A DNA stretch of 64,000 nt from Clostridiales bacterium (GTDB lineage: Bacteria > Bacillota > Clostridia > Christensenellales > CAG-138): positions 16,723-80,722 of the forward strand of contig JAILNX010000025.1 of NCBI GenBank assembly GCA_024691085.1, given 5' to 3'. The position numbers and the translations under genes are program-made. Below, piece after piece: positions 10,045-19,142 of the stretch; within the stretch, counting starts at the first letter, position 1, and each line of letters begins with the position of its first letter. Under the pieces are notes generated by a model. The model ran no database searches. It saw only the letters and a program-made list of their open reading frames with translations, and was not told the origin of the DNA.

Positions 10045-10825
10045 AAAGCTGACCGGGATCCTTTCGGGCTGCGGCAGGCTTGCCGTGGCTTTTTCCTCGG
10101 GCGTCGATTCGGCGTTTCTGCTTTTTGCCGCGCGCGAGGCTCTCGGCGAAAACGTGACCGCGTTCACCGCCTCTGCTCCCGTGTTCCCCGAAAGGGAGAG
10201 GAGGGAGTCAGCGGAGTTCTGCGAAAGGTACGGCATTAAAAGGATCGAGGTCTTTCCGGAGCTTTTATCCTTAGGCGCGTTCAAAAACAACCCGCCCGAC
10301 CGCTGCTATCACTGCAAAAAGCTCCTTATGGGAGCGATAAAAAAAGCCGCGGCGGCGGAGGGCTTTTCCCTCGTTGCCGAGGGCTCGAACGCGGACGACG
10401 CGGGTGACTGGCGCCCCGGCATGCGGGCGGTCAGGGAGCTCGGCGTGATCAGCCCGCTCCTTGAGGCCGGACTTACCAAAGACGAGATAAGGGAGCTTTC
10501 CCGCGGGTTCTCGCTCCCCACCTGGGACAAGCCGTCCTTAGCGTGCCTCGCCTCCCGCTTCGCCTACGGCGATCCGATAACGGAGGAGAGGCTTTCGGCC
10601 GTCGAAAGCGCCGAGGAGCTTCTGTTCTCGCTCGGATTAAAGCAGCTTCGCGTGCGCGTTCACGGGGACGCGGCGAGGATCGAGACCGAAAAAAAGGATA
10701 TGAAAAAGATCCTCGACAACAAGGATCTCATATCGGAGAGGCTTCACGCCCTCGGGTTCAAATTCGTTTCGCTCGATCTCGACGGGTTCAGATCGGGGAG
10801 CATGAACAGGGTTTTCCGTCAATAA
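10028..10825 (+). CDS. larE: ATP-dependent sacrificial sulfur transferase LarE
   Basis: PP-loop AFSSGVDS. Overlaps the larC stop by 17 nt. Confidence 0.8.
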   Translation: MREKYKKLTGILSGCGRLAVAFSSGVDSAFLLFAAREALGENVTAFTASAPVFPERERRESAEFCERYGIKRIEVFPELLSLGAFKNNPPDRCYHCKKLLMGAIKKAAAAEGFSLVAEGSNADDAGDWRPGMRAVRELGVISPLLEAGLTKDEIRELSRGFSLPTWDKPSLACLASRFAYGDPITEERLSAVESAEELLFSLGLKQLRVRVHGDAARIETEKKDMKKILDNKDLISERLHALGFKFVSLDLDGFRSGSMNRVFRQ

Positions 10826-11354
10826 ACTCCACGGTGTAGCCGTGTCCAGGCTCGGGCGTGAAATCATACCGCCCGTTCGAATCGGGGAAGAACGCCGCGA
10901 GCACTCCGCCTATCACGCCTCCGTGAGTTACGACGACGGCGTCTAAGCCCTCCGCGATCACGGGCTTAAGGGCGTTGAGCGCGCGCTCGGTAACTAAAAC
11001 GCCGCTTTCGCCTCCGGGGCAGACGTTCGCCTCGTTGTCGCCCGTTATCCACTCAAGATATTCGGGATCGCTCTTCAGGTCTTCGTACGAACGCATCTCG
11101 AACGCGCCGAAGTCAATCTCGCGCATGCCGGGAAGTATCCCGTGCGGTACGCGCCCGTAGATCGCCTCGAAGCTCTGCTCCGCGCGGAGCATACCGCTCG
11201 TATAATAACGCTCCGCCTTGGGATAAACGCCCTCGGCGGCGTTTTTTTTAAGCTCCTCCGCGCTCTCTGAAAGCAGCGGAAGGTCGGTGCTCCCGTAATA
11301 GAGGCGCTCGAGATTGCCTCTCGTTATTCCGTGGCGTAAAAGCGTCAGTTTCAT
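10788..11354 (-). CDS. cobC: Histidine phosphatase family protein (alpha-ribazole phosphatase-like)
   Basis: LLRHGITRGN catalytic RHG motif. Last gene of the cobTUS string. Confidence 0.7.
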   Translation of the reverse strand: MKLTLLRHGITRGNLERLYYGSTDLPLLSESAEELKKNAAEGVYPKAERYYTSGMLRAEQSFEAIYGRVPHGILPGMREIDFGAFEMRSYEDLKSDPEYLEWITGDNEANVCPGGESGVLVTERALNALKPVIAEGLDAVVVTHGGVIGGVLAAFFPDSNGRYDFTPEPGHGYTVEFIDGKPCSCSPI

Positions 11355-11713
11355 TTCAGCCTTTCCTCAATGCCGCAGAACACCCTCGTGACGTGCTCCG
11401 CCTCCTTCGCAAGGAGGGAGAGCGCGATGCCGTGACGCTCGCGCATTACGCGCTCGTCGGGATCCATGGGAACGATGCCGCAGCCGATCTCGCGCGAGAT
11501 GACCACGCTGTTCTTGATATAGGGCATAAGGAGTCTTATAAGCTCGTGCGGATCCGTCTCGTCCCTTGTCAGCGCCTCGAGGTGGGTATAGCATTTATAC
11601 TCCCTGTCGGGGAAGCCGTTCGCGAGATCGAATACCTCGTCCTTTTTGAAACCGTATTTTTTCTTGACGCACGTGAGTTTTCCCTGATATGCGCCGCCTA
11701 TGACCAGATCCAT
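11351..11713 (-). CDS. Short CobU-like protein with degenerate P-loop
   Basis: GGAYQGKL replaces GxxxxGKS. The C-terminal ISREIGCGIVPMDP...VFCGI resembles the CobU C-terminus. 120 aa. Confidence 0.5.
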   Translation of the reverse strand: MDLVIGGAYQGKLTCVKKKYGFKKDEVFDLANGFPDREYKCYTHLEALTRDETDPHELIRLLMPYIKNSVVISREIGCGIVPMDPDERVMRERHGIALSLLAKEAEHVTRVFCGIEERLK

Positions 11714-11715
11714 AA

Positions 11716-12471
11716 CTACCTCACAAACAACCTTAAAAGAACCGTTAAAGCGACGCCAGCAAGCTCGCCGAGGGTAAGGGCATAGCCCGAAACGTCGCCG
11801 CTCATGCCGCCGAGCTGCTTCTTCGCGAAGAGCGCGGCTAAAAAGTATATGAGCGCGGCGGACGCGGGAGCGAGCCCGTGCACGCCATTAAGCGCCGCGG
11901 GAACGGCGATCGCCGCGGCAAGCATCACAAAGAGGGGAATGACGAGAGTCTTTTTCTTTTCGCCCCGGTACTGGCTCGTCTCCATGGGCTTGAAAAGTAT
12001 CACGGCGATGCCGGCGGAGGCGCGGACCGCGACCGGTATGAGCGCGAGGGGAAGAAGGTCTTCCTTCGAATATTCCCACGAGAAGAACAGGCTGAATACA
12101 CTGAGCAGCAGGAACGCCGCGGATAGCACCGCGAACGCGCCGGTATGCGGATCCTTCAGTATCTTCTGACGGCCGGCAAGATCCCGCCGCGAAAGCACCG
12201 CGTCGGACACGTCCATGAATCCGTCAAGGTGGATAAAGCCCGTAATGAGCGCGGGCACTGCCGTGAGAACAAGAGCGCGTATCGCCGCGGGGCAGGGGAA
12301 GAGGGACAGAAGGAACGCGGAAAGCGCCCACAGTCCGCCGATCATCCCGCCAATAAGCGGAAGGCATACCAGCATACGGTACCTCGCCCGCTCGTCCCAC
12401 TTCGGGAACGGGCAGGGGATCGCGAGGAACATGCCCCACGCCATGAAAAATGCGTAAAACCAAAGTCTCAT
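11716..12471 (-). CDS. cobS: Adenosylcobinamide-GDP ribazoletransferase (cobalamin synthase)
   Basis: Polytopic membrane protein in the cobU-cobS position. Start at MRLWFYAF gives an ATGA overlap with the cobU stop. Confidence 0.75.
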   Translation of the reverse strand: MRLWFYAFFMAWGMFLAIPCPFPKWDERARYRMLVCLPLIGGMIGGLWALSAFLLSLFPCPAAIRALVLTAVPALITGFIHLDGFMDVSDAVLSRRDLAGRQKILKDPHTGAFAVLSAAFLLLSVFSLFFSWEYSKEDLLPLALIPVAVRASAGIAVILFKPMETSQYRGEKKKTLVIPLFVMLAAAIAVPAALNGVHGLAPASAALIYFLAALFAKKQLGGMSGDVSGYALTLGELAGVALTVLLRLFVR

Positions 12472-13010
12472 ACCGTTTCTCCGATCGGGGGAAGCTCCCC
12501 CTTTAAAACCTTTGGAACGCCGCAGACGACCTCGCACACCGTGTCGAACTCCTCAGCGAGCGAGTTTAAAACGAACGCGAGCCCCCTGCGGTATTCCTCG
12601 GTAAGGCCGCCGTATTCCGAACCGTCGCGGAAAAGCTCGTCCGCGACGCACACGAAATGCTTAACGCTCAAGCTCAGTTTATTAAGCTCCGAAAGCGTGC
12701 GCCGCTTAGGGTCCGGCGCTTTTTCGTCCCCGAACATCTCGTTCGCGAGAAGCGCGGTCACGCTGTCAAAAAGCACCGCGCCATCCTGATCGAGAGTGAC
12801 TTCGTCGACGCTCCGCGCGCGCTCAACGGTTAAAAAGCCCCAGCCTTCGCGGTCGGCAACGTGCTTTTTTATGCGCTCCCTGTCCTCGTCGTCGACGGGC
12901 TCCATGGCGGCAAAATAATACATCGGCGCATCTTCGTGAAGGCTTTTCGTCAGCCTCTGCGCCAGCATGCTCTTTCCGCTCTTCGAACCGCCGACAAGAA
13001 GTATCCTCAT
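12468..13010 (-). CDS. cobU: Adenosylcobinamide kinase / adenosylcobinamide-phosphate guanylyltransferase
   Basis: P-loop VGGSKSGKS; 180 aa. Confidence 0.85.
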   Translation of the reverse strand: MRILLVGGSKSGKSMLAQRLTKSLHEDAPMYYFAAMEPVDDEDRERIKKHVADREGWGFLTVERARSVDEVTLDQDGAVLFDSVTALLANEMFGDEKAPDPKRRTLSELNKLSLSVKHFVCVADELFRDGSEYGGLTEEYRRGLAFVLNSLAEEFDTVCEVVCGVPKVLKGELPPIGETV

Positions 13011-14107
13011 TTTTTATAATTGAAATCCTTTACGTTTTCGAGCTTTTTAAGGTAGCCGTCGTCGATCTCGGCCTCGCCGAAGGCGGCCATGCAGTTCATC
13101 ACGGCGCACGCCCCGCGCATTATCTGGAAGGCGAGCGGACAGCCGCTCCCCTCGCCGAGCCGCATATCGAGCGTGAGCATGGGATCGAGCCCCAGTTCGT
13201 TTTTCGCGATAAGGTAGCCGGGTTCCTCCGAAACGTGCGACAGGAACAGATAATCGCGCACGGCGGGTGTGAGCCTTGTTGCCGCGAGCGCCGCGGTTAT
13301 CGAGATGAGGCCGTCGACCACAGCGGGCAGGCGATAATACGCCGCGCCGAGGAAAGCGCCCGTCATCGCGGCAATGTCAAGACCGCCTACCGACGCGATA
13401 ACGCCGACGGGATCCTTGGGATCCGGCGCGTTCAGCTCAACAGCGCGGGCGACGACCTCGCGCTTATGGGCGAGAGCCTCGTCGGATAGCCCGCTCCCGC
13501 GTCCCGTGACCGCGGCGGGCGCCGCGCCCGTCAGAACCGAAAGCACGGCGGCGGAGGTCGTCGTGTTGCCGATCCCCATCTCGCCTATGCCGATGACGTC
13601 GTATCCCTCCGCCTTCACGCTTTTCGCCGCATCAAAGCCGGCCTCGATCGCGGCAAGAGCCTCGCCGCGCGTCATGGCGGGCCCTGTAAGGATGCTCGCC
13701 GTGCCGAAGCGCACCTTGCGATTTATTATGCCGGGATAGTCCGCGTCCGCGTTTATGCCGACGTCGTACACCCTCACGTCGTCGCCGTAGCATTCGGCAA
13801 GCACGCTCATACCGGTCTTTCGCCGCATCATATTGACGGACTGCTTTTTTGTGACGGACTGGGGAGTCACCGCTACGCCGTCGAGGGCGACGCCGTTATC
13901 CGCCGAGAACACCGCGACGAGCCGCTTGTCCATTTTGTTCCTAACATTGCCCGTGACTCCGGCAAGGCGCACGGAAATATCCTCGAGCCTGCCGAGGCTT
14001 CTGGGCGGTTTTGCAAGGCTTGCCTGCCGCATCTCGGCGGCAGAGACCGCGGCGGCGTCCGCGGGAAGTATGCCCTCCGTTATCCTTTTAAGCTCCAGAT
14101 CGGTCAT
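13007..14107 (-). CDS. cobT: Nicotinate-nucleotide--dimethylbenzimidazole phosphoribosyltransferase
   Basis: GIGEMGIGNTT signature; 366 aa. Confidence 0.9.
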   Translation of the reverse strand: MTDLELKRITEGILPADAAAVSAAEMRQASLAKPPRSLGRLEDISVRLAGVTGNVRNKMDKRLVAVFSADNGVALDGVAVTPQSVTKKQSVNMMRRKTGMSVLAECYGDDVRVYDVGINADADYPGIINRKVRFGTASILTGPAMTRGEALAAIEAGFDAAKSVKAEGYDVIGIGEMGIGNTTTSAAVLSVLTGAAPAAVTGRGSGLSDEALAHKREVVARAVELNAPDPKDPVGVIASVGGLDIAAMTGAFLGAAYYRLPAVVDGLISITAALAATRLTPAVRDYLFLSHVSEEPGYLIAKNELGLDPMLTLDMRLGEGSGCPLAFQIMRGACAVMNCMAAFGEAEIDDGYLKKLENVKDFNYKK

Positions 14108-14247
14108 TTTTTCACTTCTCCGTCACTTGTGTCCCAAAATCGATACACCACAATAATACCATAACAAACGGGGCTTTTCAAGCGGTCAAAACTGTGCTAA
14201 GATAGTGAAGGAAACAGCTATTCCAAGTTCCTTTTCAAGGAGGAAAC

Positions 14248-17200
14248 ATGGGTTCACGGCTTGAGTTTATCATAGGAAGAGCGGGCACGGGAAAGACCGA
14301 GGAGCTCTATTCCCGCATCGCGGCGCTAAAGGCGGCGGACGCTGCGGCGGAATGCTTCGTCATCGTTCCCGAGCAGGCGACCTTCGAGACGGAGAAGGGC
14401 CTTTCGGAGCGTCTTTCGGGCGGGCTTTTCGGCTGCACGGTGACCTCGTGGAAGGACGCCGCGAGGCGGACGCTCGATCTCGTCGGCGAAAAGAGGGCGT
14501 TCCTCTCGTCCGAGGGCAGGATAATGCTCGTAAGAAGAGCCGTGGACAAGGTCTTAAAGGAGCTTACCGTATTCAAAAAATCGGCGGCGCACAGGGGTTT
14601 CCCCATCGAGTGCGACACGCTCATCGCGAAGTTCAAAAGATGCTCGTTCACATCGGACGACGTGTTCAGGGCCGCCGAGTGCTTCTTTGACGGCGAGCCT
14701 TTAAAGGCGAAGCTCAGGGACATAGGCACGATCTTCGCGGAGCTTGAGGAAAAGCTCGAGGGCATGTACCTCGATTCCGAGGACATGATGCGCGAGCTCG
14801 TCAACAGGATGGGCGAAAGCCCGCTCAAAGACGCGCACATCTTCATCGACGGCGGCGATACCGTGCACGAATACGTCTATCCCGTGTTCCGCGCGCTTCT
14901 TACAAACGCGGCGGACGTGACGGTCGCGATGACGCTCGACACGCGTTCGCGCGACAGGGAGCTTTTTAAGGAGGACGCGTTCATATTCGAAAGACTCGTT
15001 TCCATCGCGGAGGAGACGGGAACGGCCTATACCGTGACCGGGCTTACCGAAAGAAAGCGCCCCGGAACCGACGCAGTAAGGCATCTTGAGCGGGAGCTTT
15101 TCACGCCGGATCCCGCACCTTTTAACGGCGAACCCGAGGGACTCGGGATATTCGTCGCCCCCGGAAGGCTCGACGAGGTCGCCGAGGCGGCGGAGCGCAT
15201 ACGCGCCGCGGCGGGCAGGATGAAATACAGCGACATGGCGGTGATAGTCAGCGATATGGCGGGCTACGCGCCGATAATTCAAAGGATATTCCCCACCTAT
15301 AACATACCGTATTTCGCGGACGAATCAAGGAGCCTCGTCACGCATCCGGCGGCAAGGCTGATACTTTCGGCGCTTACCGCCGCGGAGAGCGGCTTCGAGG
15401 CGCGCGACGTCCTCGAGGCGGTCAAGACGGGGTATTTCGACTTAACGCCCGACGAGGCGGAGCTTTTCGAGAACTGCCTTCTTAAGACCGGCATATCGGG
15501 CAAGAGGCTACTCGAGCCGTTCGACGAGGAGAACGCCGAATATGAGGACGTAAGGCTCAGGATAATGACGCCGCTCTCCGCGTTCAAGGAGGCGCTCGGG
15601 GACCAAAGCTGCGAGTCGAGGACGCGCGCCATCCACGCGTTCATGGAGTCGCTCGACCTTTACGGAAAACAGAAGGAGCTCTGCTTGACGCTCCACGGGG
15701 AAGGCCGCTACCGCGAGGAGAACGAGAACGCGCAGGTCGTGAACACGATACTCGAGGTGCTCGATCAGCTCTTCGTCATAATGGGCGGCGAGACCGTCGG
15801 CATGAAGCGCTTCATAAACGTCGTGCGCGAGGGCTTCGAAGCCTACGGCGTCGGCATGATCCCCTCGACCGTAAACCAGGTGCTGGTCGGAAGCTATGAC
15901 AGGACCAGAAGCCGCGAGGTCAGGCTCCTTATCGTTCTCGGCATGAACGACGGCCTGTTCCCGAAGCCGCGCAAGGACGACGGCGTTATCGACGACAGCG
16001 ACTTAAGACTTCTTAAATCGAAGGGTTTCGAGCTTTGGAGAAGCTCCGAAAGCCTGTCCGCCTCGGACGCAGCCGCCGTATACCAGGCGCTCTCGAAGGC
16101 GACGGAGGAGATCGTGTTCTCCTATCCCGTAAGGATAACCGGCGCGTCGAGGCTGGACAAGCCCGCCGAGCCCTGCAGGTTGATCCAGTCTTTAAAGAAG
16201 GCGTTCCCTCTCATCCCGGTCCGTGACGGCGTGTTTTCAGACAGGACGGGCTCGAACGAGGAGCTTGCGTTCATGGCGCTCTCCCGAAAGCTGAGGGCGA
16301 TGGCGGACTCCGGCGCGCCCGATCCCGAGGCGGCGGAGCTCGTCTCGTGGTTCAGAAGCCGCAGGGAGTATAGGCCGATGCTCGACGCGATAACCGACGG
16401 ACTGCTTGAAAGGAACGGTCCCGCGCCGCTCGGGAAGGAGCTCGCGTCGAGGCTCTACGGCAGGCTCATGTACGGCTCGTCGACAAGGCTCGAGGCCTTC
16501 AACGGCTGTCCGTTCAGACATTTTCTGGAGTTCGGCCTCCGCGCAGAGGAGCGCGAGGAGCGCAGGGAGAAAAAGACGAATCTCGGCTCCTTCTATCATG
16601 AGGCGCTCGAGGCGTACGTGAGATACGTGATGGATTCGGACATCGACTGGAAGGAAATAGACGACGAGAAGACCTTCGCGATATTAAGGGAGATCATACC
16701 CCCGCTCATCAGCAAAAAAGGCGGGCATCTGCTTCTCGACACCGCCCGTCAGCGGGCGAACATACCGAGAGCGATCGAAACGGTCAAATACACCTGCTGC
16801 GCGGTCACACGCCATATTCAGAGGGGCAGCTTCCGTCCCGAGGGCTGCGAGGTCACGTTCGGCAGGGCGGATTCCGTTTTCCCGCCGCTTCGCATCGAGG
16901 CGGACGGCGCGGTGTTCTACATAAGCGGAGTTATCGACCGCATCGACAGGTCGGGGGACATGAGCCGCATAATCGACTACAAGTCGAACGGCAAGGACTT
17001 CGACTACGCGGCGCTTATGAACGGACTTCAGCTACAGCTCCCGCTCTACGCCGCGGCGATAGACTCGTCGGAAACGGTCGGCATGTACTATATGCCGGTC
17101 AAGGATATCGCTCCCGCGATGGACGATTCGGGCGAGGTCAAAAAGGAGCTCACGGACGAGCTTATGAAAAACTTCGCGCTGAACGGCATAATGTTAAAGG

Positions 17201-17547
17201 ACGCCGAGGTCATCGAAGCGACGGACGAGCTTTCGTCGGGCTCCGCGGTCGCGGCCGGTATGAAGGTCTCGAAGGACGGCACTGTCTCGGGCGACGCGCT
17301 CGTTTCCGCGGACGAGTTCGAATACGCCGTTTCGTTTGCCAAAAGGAAGGCGGCGAACACGCTTTCGAGCATACTTGACGGCGAGATCGCGATAAGTCCC
17401 GCCAAGCTGAAAACGCCGAAGGGCGAAAGGATCTCCTGCAAGCTCTGCGCCTTCGCCGACGTGTGCCTCTACGATCCGGAGCTGAACCCCGGCCGGGCGA
17501 GGGAGATACTGCCCGTCAAGGCGGACACCTTCTTCAAAAGGCAATAA
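14248..17547 (+). CDS. addB: Helicase-nuclease AddAB subunit B
   Basis: N-terminal GRAGTGKT P-loop. C-terminal PD-(D/E)XK region with Fe-S cysteines (CPFRHF ... CKLCAFADVC). 1099 aa. Confidence 0.85.
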   Translation: MGSRLEFIIGRAGTGKTEELYSRIAALKAADAAAECFVIVPEQATFETEKGLSERLSGGLFGCTVTSWKDAARRTLDLVGEKRAFLSSEGRIMLVRRAVDKVLKELTVFKKSAAHRGFPIECDTLIAKFKRCSFTSDDVFRAAECFFDGEPLKAKLRDIGTIFAELEEKLEGMYLDSEDMMRELVNRMGESPLKDAHIFIDGGDTVHEYVYPVFRALLTNAADVTVAMTLDTRSRDRELFKEDAFIFERLVSIAEETGTAYTVTGLTERKRPGTDAVRHLERELFTPDPAPFNGEPEGLGIFVAPGRLDEVAEAAERIRAAAGRMKYSDMAVIVSDMAGYAPIIQRIFPTYNIPYFADESRSLVTHPAARLILSALTAAESGFEARDVLEAVKTGYFDLTPDEAELFENCLLKTGISGKRLLEPFDEENAEYEDVRLRIMTPLSAFKEALGDQSCESRTRAIHAFMESLDLYGKQKELCLTLHGEGRYREENENAQVVNTILEVLDQLFVIMGGETVGMKRFINVVREGFEAYGVGMIPSTVNQVLVGSYDRTRSREVRLLIVLGMNDGLFPKPRKDDGVIDDSDLRLLKSKGFELWRSSESLSASDAAAVYQALSKATEEIVFSYPVRITGASRLDKPAEPCRLIQSLKKAFPLIPVRDGVFSDRTGSNEELAFMALSRKLRAMADSGAPDPEAAELVSWFRSRREYRPMLDAITDGLLERNGPAPLGKELASRLYGRLMYGSSTRLEAFNGCPFRHFLEFGLRAEEREERREKKTNLGSFYHEALEAYVRYVMDSDIDWKEIDDEKTFAILREIIPPLISKKGGHLLLDTARQRANIPRAIETVKYTCCAVTRHIQRGSFRPEGCEVTFGRADSVFPPLRIEADGAVFYISGVIDRIDRSGDMSRIIDYKSNGKDFDYAALMNGLQLQLPLYAAAIDSSETVGMYYMPVKDIAPAMDDSGEVKKELTDELMKNFALNGIMLKDAEVIEATDELSSGSAVAAGMKVSKDGTVSGDALVSADEFEYAVSFAKRKAANTLSSILDGEIAISPAKLKTPKGERISCKLCAFADVCLYDPELNPGRAREILPVKADTFFKRQ

Positions 17548-17587
17548 TTCTGTTGCCCGGACGGGCAGATTGTGATATGATTAAAAA

Positions 17588-18148
17588 ATGATAACGGACG
17601 ACGAAAAACTCAAATGGAAGACTCTTGACGAAAGGGAGCTTTTAAAAACGCGCGTCTTCACCGTTCTTTCGAGGCGTGAGGCGGCGGGCGGCATCGAGGG
17701 CGACTATATCGCGCTCGACGCTCCCGACTGCGTGGTCGTGATACCCGAGTACGAAGGGAACTTCGTGCTCGTAAGGCAGTGGCGCCACGGCGCGGGAAGG
17801 CTGACTCTGGAGTTCCCGGGCGGCGTTGTCGACCGCGGCGAAGACCCGCGGGTGGCCGCTTCCCGCGAGCTTCGCGAGGAGACGGGATTTACAGCGGGCA
17901 GGCTCGATTATCTCGGCGAATACAGCCCAAACCCCGCTCTTTTCAACAGCAGGTTCTTCTGCTTCCTTGCGCGCGATCTTAAGCCCGCCGGGTCTTTGGA
18001 ACTCGATCCGGACGAGCTTATTCGCGTCGAGCTTAAAAAGATCGGCGACGTCATCGCGGATCTTGGAAGTCCCGAGGAAAGTCACGCGTTCATGGGCGCG
18101 GCGCTTGCGTTTTATTTGAGGGAAAGGATGAAGAATGAATTACATTGA
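17588..18148 (+). CDS. NUDIX hydrolase (ADP-ribose pyrophosphatase-like)
   Basis: Nudix box GGVVDRGEDPRVAASRELREETG. Confidence 0.8.
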   Translation: MITDDEKLKWKTLDERELLKTRVFTVLSRREAAGGIEGDYIALDAPDCVVVIPEYEGNFVLVRQWRHGAGRLTLEFPGGVVDRGEDPRVAASRELREETGFTAGRLDYLGEYSPNPALFNSRFFCFLARDLKPAGSLELDPDELIRVELKKIGDVIADLGSPEESHAFMGAALAFYLRERMKNELH

Positions 18149-18821
18149 AACGGCATTCGACGCGATATTCCTCGTCTTCATGCTGGGAAGCGGGTTCGTA
18201 CTGCTTCTGAAAGCCCGCACGAGGACCGAATGGCTTATGGGCCCCGCCGTGCTTTCGGTCGGCCTCGGAAGCGCGCTCCTGCTCGGCGTATGGGCGGTCA
18301 GCCACTTTTCAGGCGACCTTCCGGCGGGAGCTTTCGGCACCGGAAGACTGATAAGCGCGATCAGCTTACCGGTGTTCTACGTGCTCATGTTCTATATAAG
18401 GGCGGGCGTGTACAGCCGCAGGGTCCCCAACCAGACCGTCTGGCTCGTCTGGCTGCTCGCCGCGGTCTCGGTCATCGCCTGTATGTTCCCGCAGAACCAT
18501 TTCTGGGAGGGCGATTTCCCCAAGACCTGGGCGGTCATAAGGCTCGTCCCGCAGGCGCTGCTCGGCCTGCTCGTCATATTCGTGTGGTTCGAGAGGAAGC
18601 ACAAGCTCAAAAGGTTCCGCTTCGTGTGGATACTAATGCTGCTCGCGCTGCTTCTCTATATCCCCGCCGAGCTCAGCCGCGGATACGGTTCGAAGCTCTA
18701 TTTCCTCCTAATCCCCTGCGCGGTATGCTATATGCTGCTCGCGGCGCTGTTTATAAACGCGGTGCTCAAGCCCGTCGAGGAGGAGAAGGAACACGTAAGC
18801 CGCGAAGCAAAGAAGAATTGA
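18135..18821 (+). CDS. Polytopic membrane protein of unknown function
   Basis: 228 aa with multiple hydrophobic helices. Overlaps the NUDIX gene end by 14 nt. Confidence 0.55.
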   Translation: MNYIETAFDAIFLVFMLGSGFVLLLKARTRTEWLMGPAVLSVGLGSALLLGVWAVSHFSGDLPAGAFGTGRLISAISLPVFYVLMFYIRAGVYSRRVPNQTVWLVWLLAAVSVIACMFPQNHFWEGDFPKTWAVIRLVPQALLGLLVIFVWFERKHKLKRFRFVWILMLLALLLYIPAELSRGYGSKLYFLLIPCAVCYMLLAALFINAVLKPVEEEKEHVSREAKKN

Positions 18822-18830
18822 AGTTCTTAC

Positions 18831-18859
18831 TTGACATAACCGGCCGATTGATGTAAAAT
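18831..18859 (+). promoter_or_regulatory. Sigma-70-type promoter for the pheST leader
   Basis: TTGACA, 17-nt spacer, TAAAAT. Confidence 0.5.
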
Positions 18860-18865
18860 ACCGAT

Positions 18866-19117
18866 TTGTACAGGCAATGAAGGGGAAAAGCCCAGTTGGC
18901 TCTGAAAGAGAGACGCGCGGTACGCTGAAAGCGCGTTACAGCCGGCAAAAGCGTTTAAGTTCGCCCCGGAGCCCCGACGGTGAAGTCGATTTTGATGCGT
19001 AGCCGCCGGCGGGTGCGCCCGTTAAAGCGTTTTAACAAGGCGCGGTTTTTCCGCGTGAACTTGGGTGGTACCACGGCTGCACGCCGTCCCATGGGGACGC
19101 GTGCGGCTTTTATTTTT
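18866..19117 (+). promoter_or_regulatory. T-box riboswitch leader, Phe specifier (UUC)
   Basis: AGAGA motif in stem I. UUC at 18960-18962 in the specifier position. T-box sequence AACTTGGGTGGTACCACGG at 19058-19076. Terminator hairpin plus TTTTATTTTT just upstream of pheS. Confidence 0.85.
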
Positions 19118-19142
19118 GAACTAACGAAAGGAGCTTAAATAA

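Noticed and set aside
10788-10825. 38-nt convergent overlap of the larE and cobC 3' ends.
   Set aside because: Both reading frames are well supported and convergent overlaps of this size occur. There is no sign of a frameshift or fusion.
14108-14247. Expected cobalamin riboswitch upstream of cobT.
   Set aside because: The divergent intergenic region is only 140 nt and shows no B12-box-like GCCACTG core or the required multi-stem structure.
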